NCBI GenBank assembly: GCA_964016885.1
Contig: OZ024743.1
Location: 17,918,001-17,982,000 of the forward strand
Origin: Eledone cirrhosa
Taxonomy: Eukaryota
Direction of reading: 5' to 3'
DNA: 64,000 bases
In this document: positions 44,095-58,230 of the stretch, in pieces
Layout of the letters: every line of letters begins with the position of its first letter
Numbering within the stretch: position 1 is the stretch's first letter
Notes under the pieces: model-generated
What the model saw: only the letters and a program-made list of their open reading frames with translations
Database searches by the model: none
What the model was told of the DNA's origin: nothing
Program-made: the position numbers and the translations under genes

Positions 44095-45522
44095 CTTTTA
44101 TGAATTGTATTATTCAATCAAAAATATACCTACTCCTTCCATACAACTTATACCAAATTGCTTATAGATAAAATCGAACAAGTCGTTAACAGAATGAGAT
44201 GGACGGCAATGGTTTACGATGGACTATTCAGTGCTGATTCTAATGATTGTTTTGCCATAAAATCCCATAAATATCCACCTAGAATTAAAGACATGGCCAA
44301 CTTCGAATTAGACCTTGTTAATCTAAATAGTGATATCAAATTTCGTAAGTACAATAATAACTTTCAATCTAAACTGTCTAACAATATTTCTAATTTTAGA
44401 AATTCTACAAACACCTTTGTTCTTTCTGATAAAACTAAAAATCTCTTTGAAGTTAATAGTACTTTGTATAACCAACTTTTAACTAATAGTCTCACCAACA
44501 AATATCAATTAACTAATAATAATACCTAAAATACTACCAATAAAGAAGCTAAAGAACTAGCTAGTTCTTTAAAAATAGACAACCGGATTGAAAGCCTAGC
44601 TAAGCGTAAAGAATATATTACCCTTAAAGACCATAAATTTGACTTTACTAATCGACCTCGTTGTAGACTGATTAACCCGGAAAATCCGAAGTTGGCTTTG
44701 CAAGTAAAAAAATTTTGAGAAAAATAATTCTCCAAATTAGAACTAACACTGACCTATCACAGTGGCTAAATACTTCCTCTGTTATTTCTTGGTTTAATAA
44801 TATACAAGGTAAAAATAAGTGTAGATTTACCCAATTTGATATTGTCGATTTTTACCCCTCTATTACTGTTTCCTTATTAACTAATACCTTAGATTTTGCA
44901 AGACCCTTCATTAATATTTCTAAATTAGAAGAAGACATTATCTTTCATGCTAGAAAAACTTTACTCTTTACTAATGAAAATATTTGGGTTAAAAAGTCAA
45001 ACACTGAAAATTCTTTTGATGTTGCAATGGGTTCATATGACAGTGCGGATGTGTGTGACTTAGTAGGATCATTCCTTCTCCAAAGAGAAATTTCTTTCCC
45101 ATAATATCGGTTTATACCGTGATGAGGGATTGGCAGTTTCTCATACCACCAACGGCCATAACCTTGATAAATTCCGTAAAGATTTAATCAATACTTTTGC
45201 TAATCTTAACCTTAAAATCACTATAGATACGATCCTTACCAATGCTAACTTTCTTGATATTAATCTTGATCTACTTACCGCCTCTTTTAAACCTTATCAT
45301 AAACCTAATGAAAATCTTAGGTATATACACAAAGAGTCTTGCCATCCCCCTATAGTTTTTAATAATCTTATTCCCAACATTAGCCGTAGGATTTCTACCT
45401 TATCTTCGTCTATAGACATTTTTAATAAAGCCGCCCCTTATTATAATAAAGCCGTTAAGAACAGCGGTTTTACAGAAAATTGTTTTATTTACCTACTAAA
45501 CACCCCCCCCCCCCATCCCTAA
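44095..45522 (+). mobile_element. Decayed Naiad-like PLE, N-terminal domain and RT
   Basis: YSIKNIP, RMRW, DKTKN, LKDHK, CRLINP, QWLNTSSVISWF, QFDIVDFYPSI, FDVAMGSYDSADVCDLVG, LYRDEGL, NFLDI and YHKPN. Confidence 0.92.
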
Positions 45523-46107
45523 AACTAACCACAATAACAGGGTTTTTTAAAATCCAATATCAATAAACAGACCAGGATTGTTTTCTTTCTGATGATTGAA
45601 AGCAACATTTTTTGCTTTTAAGAAACCACTGGTAAATGGAATAATTGCTTTATGTTGTTTATTACATAACTATATATATATACATGTATATATAATAATA
45701 TATAAATATATACATATACATTTGTGTGTACGCTACTATATAATATACACGAGTGCAATGTACTAGTATAATGAATAATGTATTGCCTTGTCCTCATTGA
45801 TTAGAAATACATAACATATTTTCATGATATAAGGTTGAGGATATATTCATTTATCGAGGCTTAAGTTAGTCGATGCAATATCAAAGTGTCAATATGATGA
45901 AATGGATTACAGTTTTCTACATACAATTATCATATATAAAAAAAGGTTTCTTCATGCCACGCATTTTCATAATGTTATTATATTAGGGTATATATACTGC
46001 AAGAGGGTAATTAAAATTAAAATACAAATTCATTAGCTAAAACATGTTTCATCCCCGGCATTCACAGGAGAATGTTAGTAATAATTTTTTTTATATGAGA
46101 ATATATG

Positions 46108-46171
<64 letters not shown>

Positions 46172-48106
46172 AGAGTATTGAAGTTTGCTTGAAGCATTGT
46201 GGAATAATATGTAAATATCTTTAAGTCGTTTCGAAGCCTCAACAATGCAAATGGGTAAATCTCCGGGTAACAAGATCCGGTGGTGGAGAGAGAGATGTAA
46301 GTGTGTGTACGTTGAGATGCGTGGTGTGTATAAGACGTGTAGAGGAATGAAGGAAAGAGTATAAAGGATAAAATAAAAATAAAAATAACAATACGAGAGA
46401 GAGTTACCTTGGAAGAGATTTAATTGTCCCTATATATGTCGGATTCACATCCATCAACTGGGGTTTTTTTCCGGGGTGGGGGAAAGGTTGTTTGTCGGAA
46501 AGGTGCGAAACGCGTGCTCTGCTGTTTGTTGTTTTGAATATCTGAGGTATTCAGCAGAGCGCGCGTGCGCGTGAAATGGGGTCGGTCGGGCAGAGATCAG
46601 CGGCCGAATGTGGGAGTGGGGTGGCGCTAGCTCTCAGTCCATTATCTGCCTGTTTGTTAAATGTTACTGTGTGTGTGTGTGCGTGTGTTGTTGTCTCGCT
46701 TGTGTGTGTGTGCGTGTGGTGTTCCCTTGTTCCTCTGTATTGGCAGTGTAGTATGTTCGTATGGTGGAATGCTACTGTGCGTGTGTGCGTGTGCGTGTTT
46801 AGTTGTCTCGTTTGTGTGTGTGTGTGCGTGTGTTGCTGCATCGTTTGTTAACTTAAACCAGCCACCTCATTTCACTTCTCTCGGATCGATTGTTTATTTG
46901 CGGTGCCAGGCGATTGATAAAAAGCGCTTCCTTGATACGTAACGTGCCGACGTTTCCTTCAGTCGCTAGAATTGTGACAATGGGCCTTCCGTCTTTGTTT
47001 CGCATTTGGCTATGTGTTTCCGGAAAGACAAGGCCTTAAACACACTATAACTAAGCCCTCGTCTTTCCGGAAACACATTCGTCTCCATTCTACGAAGCAG
47101 ATTTTCCTATTGTCCTTTAACATCGAATGATTTCCTTTGTTGATTTAGATCCTCTCATTGCCATTCCATGAGTGGTCAATAATTGTACACGTCACCGGAA
47201 TTTCTAGCCACTCATGTTTGCCAACTGTTTGGTTCTCCTCCTTCTCCACCTGTCAATCAGATGTTGTACACAGTATTATATGTCTCATATCACACTGTGT
47301 GCATCATCTGCACAGCTGCGTGTGGGAAGACGGACGAGGGACTACTCATCAAGTATATCCCTCCGGCGTGGGAGCACGCGGATGCATGTATCTATGTGTG
47401 TCCACACAGACATGTATGAGCAGAGGTGTGCGCATTCCTGGGTCGATGTATTTGTCTGAGCATGTCTGAGTATATGGATGACTATCTATGGCATTTTCTT
47501 TTTTCATCTGTCCATATATGTTCGGCGTCTTGGCTATACGCGCTTCCATGAGTCCAGTGTATGAGTGTAGACTTGGGCGTGTTTGTTGAAAACACCTTTG
47601 ATATAGCCTTTCTGATTGAAAGATTGTTGGAAGCTTTCATTTAAAAACGTTGTCAATACAGGTGTTTTCTTTGTCTTTATCTTGTTGAAATAGGTTAAGT
47701 GGAGGGTATTCTAAGTGTGTGTTCTAGAAATGTTAGGCTAAATATCACTATAATTCTTTTTTTTTTAATTCCCTCCAAACATTATTTACAATGACTGCCG
47801 CATGCAGCATAATTGCCGGTGTGTACCTGATCGCTGTGGAAGAGGGCGCCTATGAACAATGAAGGCGTCAAAGTGATGCCAACCGTTCAAGATTACTGGC
47901 TTTCTCCCACAACAGTAGTAATGCTGATATATAGAGAAATTTTGATTGACAGGTGGAGGAGAAGAAGCAAACAGTGGGTAAACATGAAATACCGGTGACG
48001 TGTACAATTCTTGACCACTAATGGAATGACAATAACAGGATCTATATCAACAAAGGAAATAATTCGATGTTAAAGGACAATAGGAAAATTTGCTTCGTAG
48101 AATCGA

Positions 48107-48201
48107 GACGTATCCGAGGAACGCGCGATTTCAGAGTCAGTTTTGATCACCACATCAATCGTGCCTCAAGCTGGTCGCCCGAGAAACAATTGTAATATGT
48201 C
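48107..48201 (+). ncRNA. Type I hammerhead with CCGAGGA (U4C) core
   Basis: gacgtat-CCGAGGA-a cgc gcgatt...ggtcgc ccg a-GAAA-caattg-TA-atatgtc. Confidence 0.68.
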
Positions 48202-48342
48202 CAATAAATGACTTTCGTCGCAACACTGATTCTCTTTTTTGTGTGATGTCATACTCTGCTCTATGAGAACATCGAGTGCTTATACGGCCTAACGCATACG
48301 GACGCTCTAAACACCCAACACCAATTATATATATATATATAA

Positions 48343-48440
<98 letters not shown>

Positions 48441-48447
48441 TTTTGTA

Positions 48448-48480
<33 letters not shown>

Positions 48481-48482
<2 letters not shown>

Positions 48483-48644
48483 TATTACACATATTTCAAA
48501 GTACAATTGTGTTTAAGTACATTTTCATGAGATAAAATATATGAGAGATTGTATATGCGATATACCGCTACGGTTTTGATTATTCAATTCCATATGTATA
48601 TATATATATATTGGTTTCTTGCTCACACTAATTTCTATATTTTC

Positions 48645-48687
<43 letters not shown>

Positions 48688-49034
48688 AACCCGTAAGACC
48701 ACGACGGCTGAGCTCAAGCCGTTTCGACGGCTAATTCTGGACTAGAAATCTGGACCAGAATTAGCCGTCGAAACGGCTTGAGCTCAGCCGTAGGGGTCTT
48801 ACTGGTTCCTATTACCCACTCTACTACCCTAAGTATTGAGTACTTTGGTGCGTTATGGTCCACCAGGTTCCTTACCACATTTCCTTCGTTAGATATATAT
48901 ATATATATATATATATATGGAATTGAATAATTGAACAATCAAAACCGTAGCGGTATGTCGCATATCCAATCTCTCATCTATTGTATCTGATGAAAACGTA
49001 ATTAAACACCATTGTACATTTGAAATATGTATAA
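48481..49034. mobile_element. Nested fold-back elements: outer arms ~48481-48594/~48916-49034, inner ~48687-48890
   Basis: The outer arms carry ttat-CTGATGA-aaatgtac..gtacattt-GAAA..TA-ataa (consensus of the two arms). The inner element mirrors around ~48748 and matches 30985-31115 and 21041-21090. Confidence 0.8.
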
Positions 49035-50116
49035 TCATATATATATTTTGGTTATGAGAATATTCTGAATAATATATATATATATAACTTTCTCGCTCTC
49101 ACACACATGCATACAGAAGGCGCGCACACATACACACTCGGCCACGTTCACACCCGCACACATACACACACACACACGTTGACACAGACATGCTCATAGA
49201 AAACGACATTAATGAGAGAGAAATATATAGATAGATACATAGATTCGTCGATGTACACCAACTTTAGGTGAACAGTATTCCACTATGTCACAGTTCCGTT
49301 TGAAGATGGAACATCGTGATAATTCTATTTGACTGTTATGATTGTAAATGTCATTACATTGGAGTAGATGGTCACGGTTGGAATATGTTCAAAATCTGAT
49401 GTCTTATTATGAATGAACTGACGTTAATAAATTACACATACATATTTAGTCATACTCACTGATATTTACTGATGCGGAACATGTATTTTTACCATACTAT
49501 TATTATAACATTGTAACATATTTTCCCATTGATCTGTCGTTGTGTATTATAATTCTACACTTTAGATTTCATTTTTCCACCTACAAACATAGGATCTAGA
49601 ATTTGTTTTTAGCCAAAGTTAAGAAAAGCAACAACAGAAAACTAAACAAATCGCACACCAATCTCTTCCGATATTAACATCTTCCGTTAAACGTATTGTG
49701 GTATAATAGAAAAGCAACCCATTTAAAAGTTTCACATATTAATTTGCCTTCCTACAATTCCTTCAGATCTGAAGATATCCGCATCATACACACCTGAAGT
49801 GTTTTGACTTTGAATGGTATAATAAACAGCAATATATATGTGGTAGATATATCTGAAACTGGCTGTTATATTCTCTTGTGTTTGGTTCACCATTTTGACC
49901 ATATTTTTCACATTTGCTTTTGTGTGTAATCTCTATTGAGAGGAATTGCACTTTAACATTGCACTACGTATTTCTATGCTATAACAATTTTGCAATGATA
50001 TATTCATGCATCCAGCATAGATAATTACACTTAATCAAAGTTACATGCTGCAACATGTTGAATGTTGATCTCGAAAGTTACATTTGGTTTACATTGTATC
50101 CCATCATTAATTTAAA

Positions 50117-50301
50117 GGGCGGTGGATTGACAGTATCGGTAGAGGGTCGGACGCCATGCTTTCCAGCATAGTTACGTCCCTTTACGATCTGAGTTCAAAT
50201 CCCGCCGAGGTTGACTTTGCCTTTCATCCTTACGGGGTCGATAAAATAAAGTACCAGTAATGCACTGGGTAATTGCTGGCCTTGTGCCAAAAGTAGAAAC
50301 A
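50117..50301 (+). mobile_element. tRNA-derived SINE
   Basis: Full copy with TSD attaatttaaa. Confidence 0.92.
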
Positions 50302-50768
50302 ATTAATTTAAACAAATACAAACATGCACAAACTTGTTTTATAGCCTGAGGTCATAATAATATTACGCCTCCTTCTGTTGGTGCCGAGAGTATATTTTCT
50401 GGAAAGATAAAATGCATAGGAATATCGTCCATATTACCAAAATATCCGAAATCTAATTCTTGCTGACCGTTTGTGGAATCATCAATATTGGCAAATATTT
50501 AAACACAAAGAAGCGTTAGTTGAGTTTAAACTGCCGATAGAACACGGCTGAGTATACTTCAATAATTACCATGGTAGGAAATAGTAATGTCCAGAAGATG
50601 TTAGATATTTGCTCTTCTAATGTGTAGTAGTCAGGCAGACATGCAGAAAAAAGCTTGTCGTCCCAACTCGTTATGTGAAAGATAACACAATAGTCGTTCG
50701 TGTTATTGTTCTTATATTGTTTTATTTAATCAGCATATACATTCATATTGTATGAATATCATTATGTA

Positions 50769-50955
50769 GGGCGGTGGATTGGCAGTATCGGTAGAGGATC
50801 GGACGCCATGCTTTTACGCATAGAGTTACGGCCCTTTCCATTCTGAGTTCAAATCCCGCCGAAGTTAACTTTGCCTTTCATCCTTACGGGGTCGATAACA
50901 TAAAGTACCAGTCATGTACTGGGTAATTGCTGGCCTTGTGCCAAAAGTAGAAACA
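50769..50955 (+). mobile_element. tRNA-derived SINE
   Basis: Full copy with TSD attatgta. Confidence 0.92.
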
Positions 50956-51756
50956 ATTATGTATGATAGATTTCGTACAATCCGCAATTCCATAGTGGTA
51001 TTTTTCCGATATATTGTATCTTTCGGCATGCGTTCGTAACAACACATAACATTTGCAATCAATGCCACCAGAGGAAATATGCCGTACATTATAGATTGCA
51101 GCTATGTACGAAGGAACTTTAATGACACCAAAGTTGCAGATGCCTCTCATATGTACGGATACATGGATTTACACATCTAGTAAGGAATGATCTAAACTAC
51201 CACATTATCTCCTTAAAAAGTCTGCTCATGTATTTATACTAGGTTTGCAGAATATTAGATCATTTATTAAAAATATGTTATTTAATTTTTCTTTTTCAAT
51301 TTTAAACATTATTTAATTATTAAACATTTCCACTTTTAAACCACTACATACTCAAGGGACCTGTTTAGGTGTTTAACTCCCTACATTCTTCCAGATTATA
51401 TTTTCAGATATTTATTTTTGGATACATTCTCAAGATTAAAACACGAAATAATATTCATTGCATAAAAAACGCCTGTTGGGAGTGGATACTGAAAGGAAGA
51501 AATACATTATTTATAGGCAGGATAATTAATCGATTTTATATACTAAAGACATTGAACACACATTTAGAGTTACCATTGTCATATTTCTTTCCATTCTAAA
51601 AAGAACTAACTTTAATAACATAGAGATGCTTTGTCCGAGCATATGCCTAATTATATGTATTCACACACACATATACGCATATGGAGATATATATATATCT
51701 ATATCTATATCTATAAGTGTGTGTGTGTGTATATGCGCGCACGTATGTGTGTGTAT

Positions 51757-51787
<31 letters not shown>

Positions 51788-52881
51788 AATGTGTGTGTAT
51801 GTCTATGTGTGTGAGAGCCATTGATTAACAAAATTTCATTAAATTAAACAGATGAATACATTGTATCTAGAGGTTTCAACTAATCATAGAACTATTTAAG
51901 TAGCTGTCACAATATTCTGATGAGATATATTTGCTGGTAAATCTATCAGTATCTTATTTTAGTTGATTTATATTATTTAACGTAAATGAAATATCATGTC
52001 ATTGAATAAGCGAAGCAGGAAAGACAAAAAGTACGGTTGTAGTTGTGACTGTCATTAATCAATATGTTAAGCATTAGTTATTCACCATAGCATGTGAGGA
52101 TGACAGCTGCAGTTGAATTTACTTATAAAACAGTAATTCTACAACTCATTTAAATACATCTATTTCTATTGTAATAATAATTCAACAAATTATATTTTGC
52201 TGGAAGTTATTATATCTAACTAACACACCATCGATTATATTATTGTCTTCCCCTCTTTTTCTATCGTTTCCATTCAGTATTCATGACAGAGACATTGTTC
52301 TATCGATCACTCATCTACTTTATCTGTAGGTGGATATCTAATTTACAGTTTCTTATTTTAATATATTACCTATGATACCAGTTATTTTATGAATATTATA
52401 TAGGATGGCTGATTTATAGAATGCTGTTTGTTTTATTCTATATGGTATTTAATTAATCTACCATATAATGCAATTCAATTTAGTGACTAATTGTTGTAAA
52501 TAAAATGTCCGTCTGCTTTAAATATTCTGTACGTGTGACTCATTAAAGAAATTTGGAATATTCTAAATTTCTCTATATATATATCAAATATATATCAAAT
52601 ATGTTCTGTTTTATATTTGGTGGATTCAGGGAAGTGAGTTTAAAACGTGTGAGATATATATCTTAATTGTTAATCGTTATCGAAATATATATTAAATGAC
52701 ATTATATGATTTGAATATTGAAAGGTTTGAGGGTGCTGTTTATAATATAATTCGTTTAATTTTGTGAAGCGGGAGGTGTATTAAAATGTAATAAGAGGAA
52801 TGTATTTAAGTGTAATATCAACACAAACAAAAAAGCCTCTTGAATGGAATATGTTTAATAGAAATAATGTTCTTATATATA

Positions 52882-53765
52882 TGAGGTGTGTCAGAAAAGT
52901 TCAGGGACTATTGTCACAAAAGATTTATTTCAAACCCAAACTTCACACTATGAGTGTTCTCCTTCAAAGTATTCCCCCTGGAGTAGTAACTTTTATCTTA
53001 GCTCTCTGCAGCGATGAAACTTTTTTCTTCCTAATTTTATACACATGTCCTCTGTTTCAGTTCGTCAAGCAATGAGCACAGAGCAACGAACAGACTTGAA
53101 AACTCCGTCAGAAGCACTGGGATTGCTGCAGCAAGTGTATGGAGATGAGATTATTTTACGCTCACGTGTTTTTGAGTGGTGCAAGCGGTTTAAGGGAGGA
53201 CGAGAGGACGTGGAAAATGACACCAGGAGCGGAAGGCACTCAACAACCATGACTGAGGTCAACGTTGAGCGCGTCAGGCGCGTAGTGATAGTCGGCTGAC
53301 TGTTCGACTGATGGTAAATGAGCTGGGCATGAATCGGGAAAGCGTCTGGAAGATTGTCACTGAAGATTTGGACATTCGGAAAGTCTGCGCGAATATGGTG
53401 CCAAAACTGCTGAACGTTGACCAGAGGGTCAATGCATGCACGTGTACCAGGTCATCCTTTAGCATCTTAAAACCGAACCAGACTTGCTAGGGACAGTCAT
53501 CACCAGTGATGTCATGGTTCTTCGAGTACGACCCGGAGGGGACCGGTTCTGAAGACGTGGACGACATCAAAAAGGCCGTGACGACGGAACTGCGGAGGAT
53601 CCCGGAAAATCCTCCCAGGAGTGCATGCATGCGTGGCAGAAAATGATGGAAAAGTGCATTAGACTCTAGTCGGATTCCTTTGAAGGAGAAAACTCTTAGT
53701 GTGAATTTTGGGTTTGAAATACATTTTTTGTGGCATCAGTCCTGAATCTTTTTTGACCCACCTCG
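52882..53765 (+). mobile_element. Internally deleted mariner with both TIRs and TA TSDs
   Basis: ~95-bp imperfect TIRs. HTH region EQRT...RVFEWCKRFK.GREDVE.D.RSGR and a WFFEYDPE remnant. Same family as 19101-19629. Confidence 0.93.
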
Positions 53766-54074
53766 TATATATTCATAATAACAAACACAAGCATATGCAT
53801 ACATACATACACGCACACCGCCAAAGACACACAAACACTCCCACAGCCACATATATAGATTTTTTCTTCTTTTTCTGTATCTAGCTCTGTATCAAGTGAT
53901 TGATTTATTAAGATTGGCTCACCAAGGAATTTTCTTAATTTAATGTGTAAATTATGAATTTAATTGTGGTAATTTTTGCATTTGTTCTGAATGAAGAACT
54001 GCGTCTGTCTGGTCATGCGATAGGAATGTATATTACTAAGTAATATTTCCATTCTTCGAAATGATTACATGTTC

Positions 54075-54181
54075 TTCTATACAAAATATCTACATTTCAA
54101 CAATAATGGCATCTCAGGATTTACCTCTGTTTCGGGAAATGTTAGTGTCTTTCAATAGAGTGGTCAGCACGTAGGTCTACG

Positions 54182-54260
<79 letters not shown>

Positions 54261-54351
54261 TCCAACCATGTAAAGACCCTAACATTTCCCGAAACAGAGG
54301 TAACTCCTGAGGTTTCAGTATTGTTGAAACTTAGATATTTTGTATAGAAGA
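54075..54351. repeat. Inverted repeat with a central (TA)n
   Basis: ttacctctgtttcgggaaatgttag mirrors ctaacatttcccgaaacagaggtaa. Confidence 0.8.
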
Positions 54352-54443
54352 ATACGCAACATCAAATTTACACCACACACACGTTCATTCAAATCTGGAA
54401 GCGTCTCTCTTTCTCTGTCTCTCTCTCTCTCTCTCTCTCTCAG

Positions 54444-54514
<71 letters not shown>

Positions 54515-56050
54515 TGGGTGTTGTGTAAATTGTGTGTTGCGTATTACGGTACATTTCTAATATTGTATACATTTGGAATAGCATATTTCAGAAATATTTG
54601 CCATTGACAACATGTCTGTTTATTGCTGATAAGTTTTAATTATATTTCATACATGGTGTTAAGACACGCTCTCTCACACTAAACTGCAGTGTTTATCAAA
54701 TATATCAGGCGTTAAACCAAAAATATTTCAGGAGAAATATTTATTCGTCAATGCATAATGGACACAATGGATATTTCTGACAAAATTTAATATTATAAAT
54801 GTCCAACATCTTATATCACACATGCTTTTATTCGGCTATAAATGACAGGAATCGCTTCAATTAACAGAGAAAAGTATTAGAAATATCAATAAAACATGGC
54901 TAACTAAGCAACCATCAATTTTTGTTGATAAAATGACAATGCTATTATTTTGCTTTCAATATAACTAGAAAATGGAGTGGAGAAAGGAATGATTTCTTTT
55001 TGTTGATATATATTGCCTTGAGGCTTATTGCGAAATTCCAACATCTTTTAGTCTACTAGATGTTGCTTTTAAGAAATATGTCTATGAATACAAATATCAT
55101 AAACGCATATTCTTTATTTAAATATGTGTCTAAAACAAAAAGTGAAAGTGAAAAGAAAATTAGAGTAAAATCGCTTATATCCAGGTGTAGAATTCTAGGA
55201 TTTTCATAAATTATATACTTTATAACATTATATGTATCAAGAATGGCTCGATATTTTCTGTTAAAAATGATATATCCTGATCCATAGATACGGTTAATAT
55301 GTTTAATATACAAAACCTTGTTTTGCGATTTTTCATTTTAGTTTTCCTCGTATTGAATACACAGCACAACGGAAATAAATTAAAACGGCTTCGATCTGAA
55401 AACAAATATGAGTGGAAATATGAATGTATATATTTTAACCGGATCATTCGAATAATATCAGTACTTACATAAACATTGACTGGGATTTAATTTCATCTTA
55501 TTAAAATGCCAGATTGGCTATTTATTTTAAACCTTTCAAATGTATTAGTTACTTTCAAAGAAAGGTCCTTGAGCCCATTTCAGTTTGGGATATGAACGTT
55601 ATTTATTTTAGTCCCATATTATTATCTACATGATCGCTGAAATTTTATAATATCCAGATCTTTGGATGAGTAAATGGGCTTCCAAATAATCAATGCTTTA
55701 TGTGCGTATGTTATATTCCTCATGTTTTATCCATCATCAAGAGATAATCAATATTAACGGAGCAGATATTAGTTAAGTAATTGCAGATTGGTTACATCCG
55801 TTTGTCTCCGAGAAATATAATTAGCATGTTGTCATATTCTCCATCTAAATCTATATTATACTACTAAATTTTGGAGTAACGTCAATCAATAGAGTACGTA
55901 GCCCGAAGTTCTGGGAATCGCTCCTGATAGAGTCTCTACTTCTCCGAATTGAGTGATCATAGCACTAATATCACGGGCCAATCCAAATCACAGGGGTAGA
56001 CATATAAATATATATGTGCGGGATGTGTGCGTGGCTGGCGAATGCGTGTG

Positions 56051-56105
<55 letters not shown>

Positions 56106-56110
<5 letters not shown>

Positions 56111-56917
56111 TGATAATAAGGGCGCTGCGGAGTTGCAAATGGGTTACATATGAAAAAAGTTTGTCCTTCATCAGTGATCTTCCAACTATCATAGGTATTT
56201 CATCGCTTTAAAGACCATATACCTCCGGTTGGTGCGAGAAACGTCTAAAAAAAGTCGTTGGGACACGTAAATAAAGAGGACGTGAGGGTAAACAAACAAA
56301 ATGGTGAGGCAACAGAAAGTGAGGCAGGAGGAAACAAGTCCCAGATTTCTATGAATTTAAGTTCGGTGAAATCGTGAACGAGAGAATAAAGACCATCAAC
56401 CTGGTTGAAATGTGAGCAAGGAAGGAATTTCGCACGGGTCTAACGGGAGGAAGAAGGAGTCTGGTCTGCGAATTCGGTAAACATAAGTTCTGTGAAATCG
56501 TAGACGCGAGAGAAAAAATTCCGACCAGCTTGTCCGAGAATGTGAGAGAAAAGAGTTACTCACAGGTCAAACGGGAAGAAAGAGGAGGAGGAGGAGAGGT
56601 AGTGACAGAGAATGAGTGAGTGAAGGGTGAGGTGAGGAAGAGGCTAACAGAGAGAGAGACTGCTAGAAAGGGTAAAGATACATAGAACGAAAAAGACGGT
56701 GTAGCAGCAGAGGAAAAAATGTGTAAATATGATAATAAGGGCGCTGCGGAGTTGCAAATGGGTTACATAGGAAAAAAGTTTGTCCTTCATCAGTGATCTT
56801 CCAACTACCATAGGTATTCCATCGCTTTAAAGACCATATACCTCCGGTTGGTGCGAGCAACGGCTAAAAAAAGCCGTTGGGACACGTAAATAAAGGGGAC
56901 GCGAGGGTAAACAAACA
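56106..56917 (-). mobile_element. ORF-less element with ~190-bp direct terminal repeats (period 619 bp)
   Basis: 56106-56297 is repeated at 56725-56917. TA-flanked. The strand is inferred from the CTGATGA/GAAA motifs. Confidence 0.8.
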
Positions 56918-56929
56918 TATATATATATG

Positions 56930-56969
<40 letters not shown>

Positions 56970-57719
56970 CATAGATACATAAAGAACAGCAGAAGGTTCG
57001 ACTGGAAATTTACTTTAGAATATTAATACCGTGAAAACACTATATATATTTCGATGACCAAGATTTATCATCCGATCATGATGCAATGCGGCAGAATTAG
57101 ATACATACGACATCAGAATTACGTTGAACACAACCATAAAATAGAAAATACAAAATAGTTGAACAATTCAACACGGGGATGGCCTGTTATTCATTGTTAA
57201 AGAAATGCTAAAAAACTGAATTAATAGGCTTCCCCAACACTCCTACTGGTCACTTCCGCTTACGGAGTCCTAGCTTTTGCTTTTCTCTCAGTGACATACA
57301 GCCGAGCAGAGGCAATTTAATTTTCTCTATCTTTGACCTGTCTTTTTGCCTATCTAATCCATTCTTTCCGTATATAAACATTAGACAAGCAGAGATATTT
57401 CTCCGTTTTTCCGAGCACTCTGTGTTACGTGTTACGTTTCGTTAATCGTCGAAACCACAGGCAGTCTAAATGCTGACGATTGTATTTAAATGTGTGGTCT
57501 GCTGTCGTCCATTTTATTCCTCTTCACATTTCTTCATATCACTTCTGCGAGCCAACATGCTTCTAGCCACTGATTTCTATATTTTCAGGTACATTTTACC
57601 CACCTCCATCATTGACAGCATTTTGCTGTTTTAACAGTTTTTTGCGTCGACTATTCTCCCCAATATGATACGAATTCTAATGCACTCGCGTTTCAAACAC
57701 AATATTCAAGATGAATTTG

Positions 57720-57773
<54 letters not shown>

Positions 57774-57865
57774 AAAGTTAGACAAGGTTCAATGGATAAA
57801 TCAAAGAATAAAGTTTTACAATAGATTAGAAACACTCCACAATGTGGTTTTCCGGAGTTATTAAT

Positions 57866-58184
57866 ATTAATTCAAAATATTAACAAAAATATATATTCGT
57901 GTGATCAAGTATATTTTATTATACATATTTCGGAGGTACTGAGCTATCTTCAACAGTACGTCCTAATCAGATAAAATAAGATGATGCATGGCATACCCTG
58001 ACTAAGTAGAAGTTTAAAATTCAGTCATGGCTGAATTTTAACCATCTACCTAGTCAGGGTATGCCATGCATCATATTATTTTGTCTGATGAGGACGTACT
58101 GTTGAAGATAGCTCAGTACCTCTGAAATATGTATAATAAAATATACTTGATCACACGAATGTCTATTTTTGTTAATATTTTGAA

Positions 58185-58189
<5 letters not shown>
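57866..58189. mobile_element. Palindromic fold-back element with ~160-bp arms
   Basis: Centre tcagtcat/ggctga at ~58027. Each arm carries an HHR motif. Confidence 0.9.
58077..58143 (+). ncRNA. Type I hammerhead (mirror 57912-57978 has CTGATTA)
   Basis: tattttgt-CTGATGA-ggac gtactg..cagtac ctct-GAAA-tatgta-TA-ataaaata. Confidence 0.8.

Positions 58190-58230
<41 letters not shown>

Noticed and set aside
54100-54330. Hammerhead in the inverted repeat
   Set aside because: The core is incomplete (CTGAGA/CTGAGG) and the stems are inconsistent between arms.
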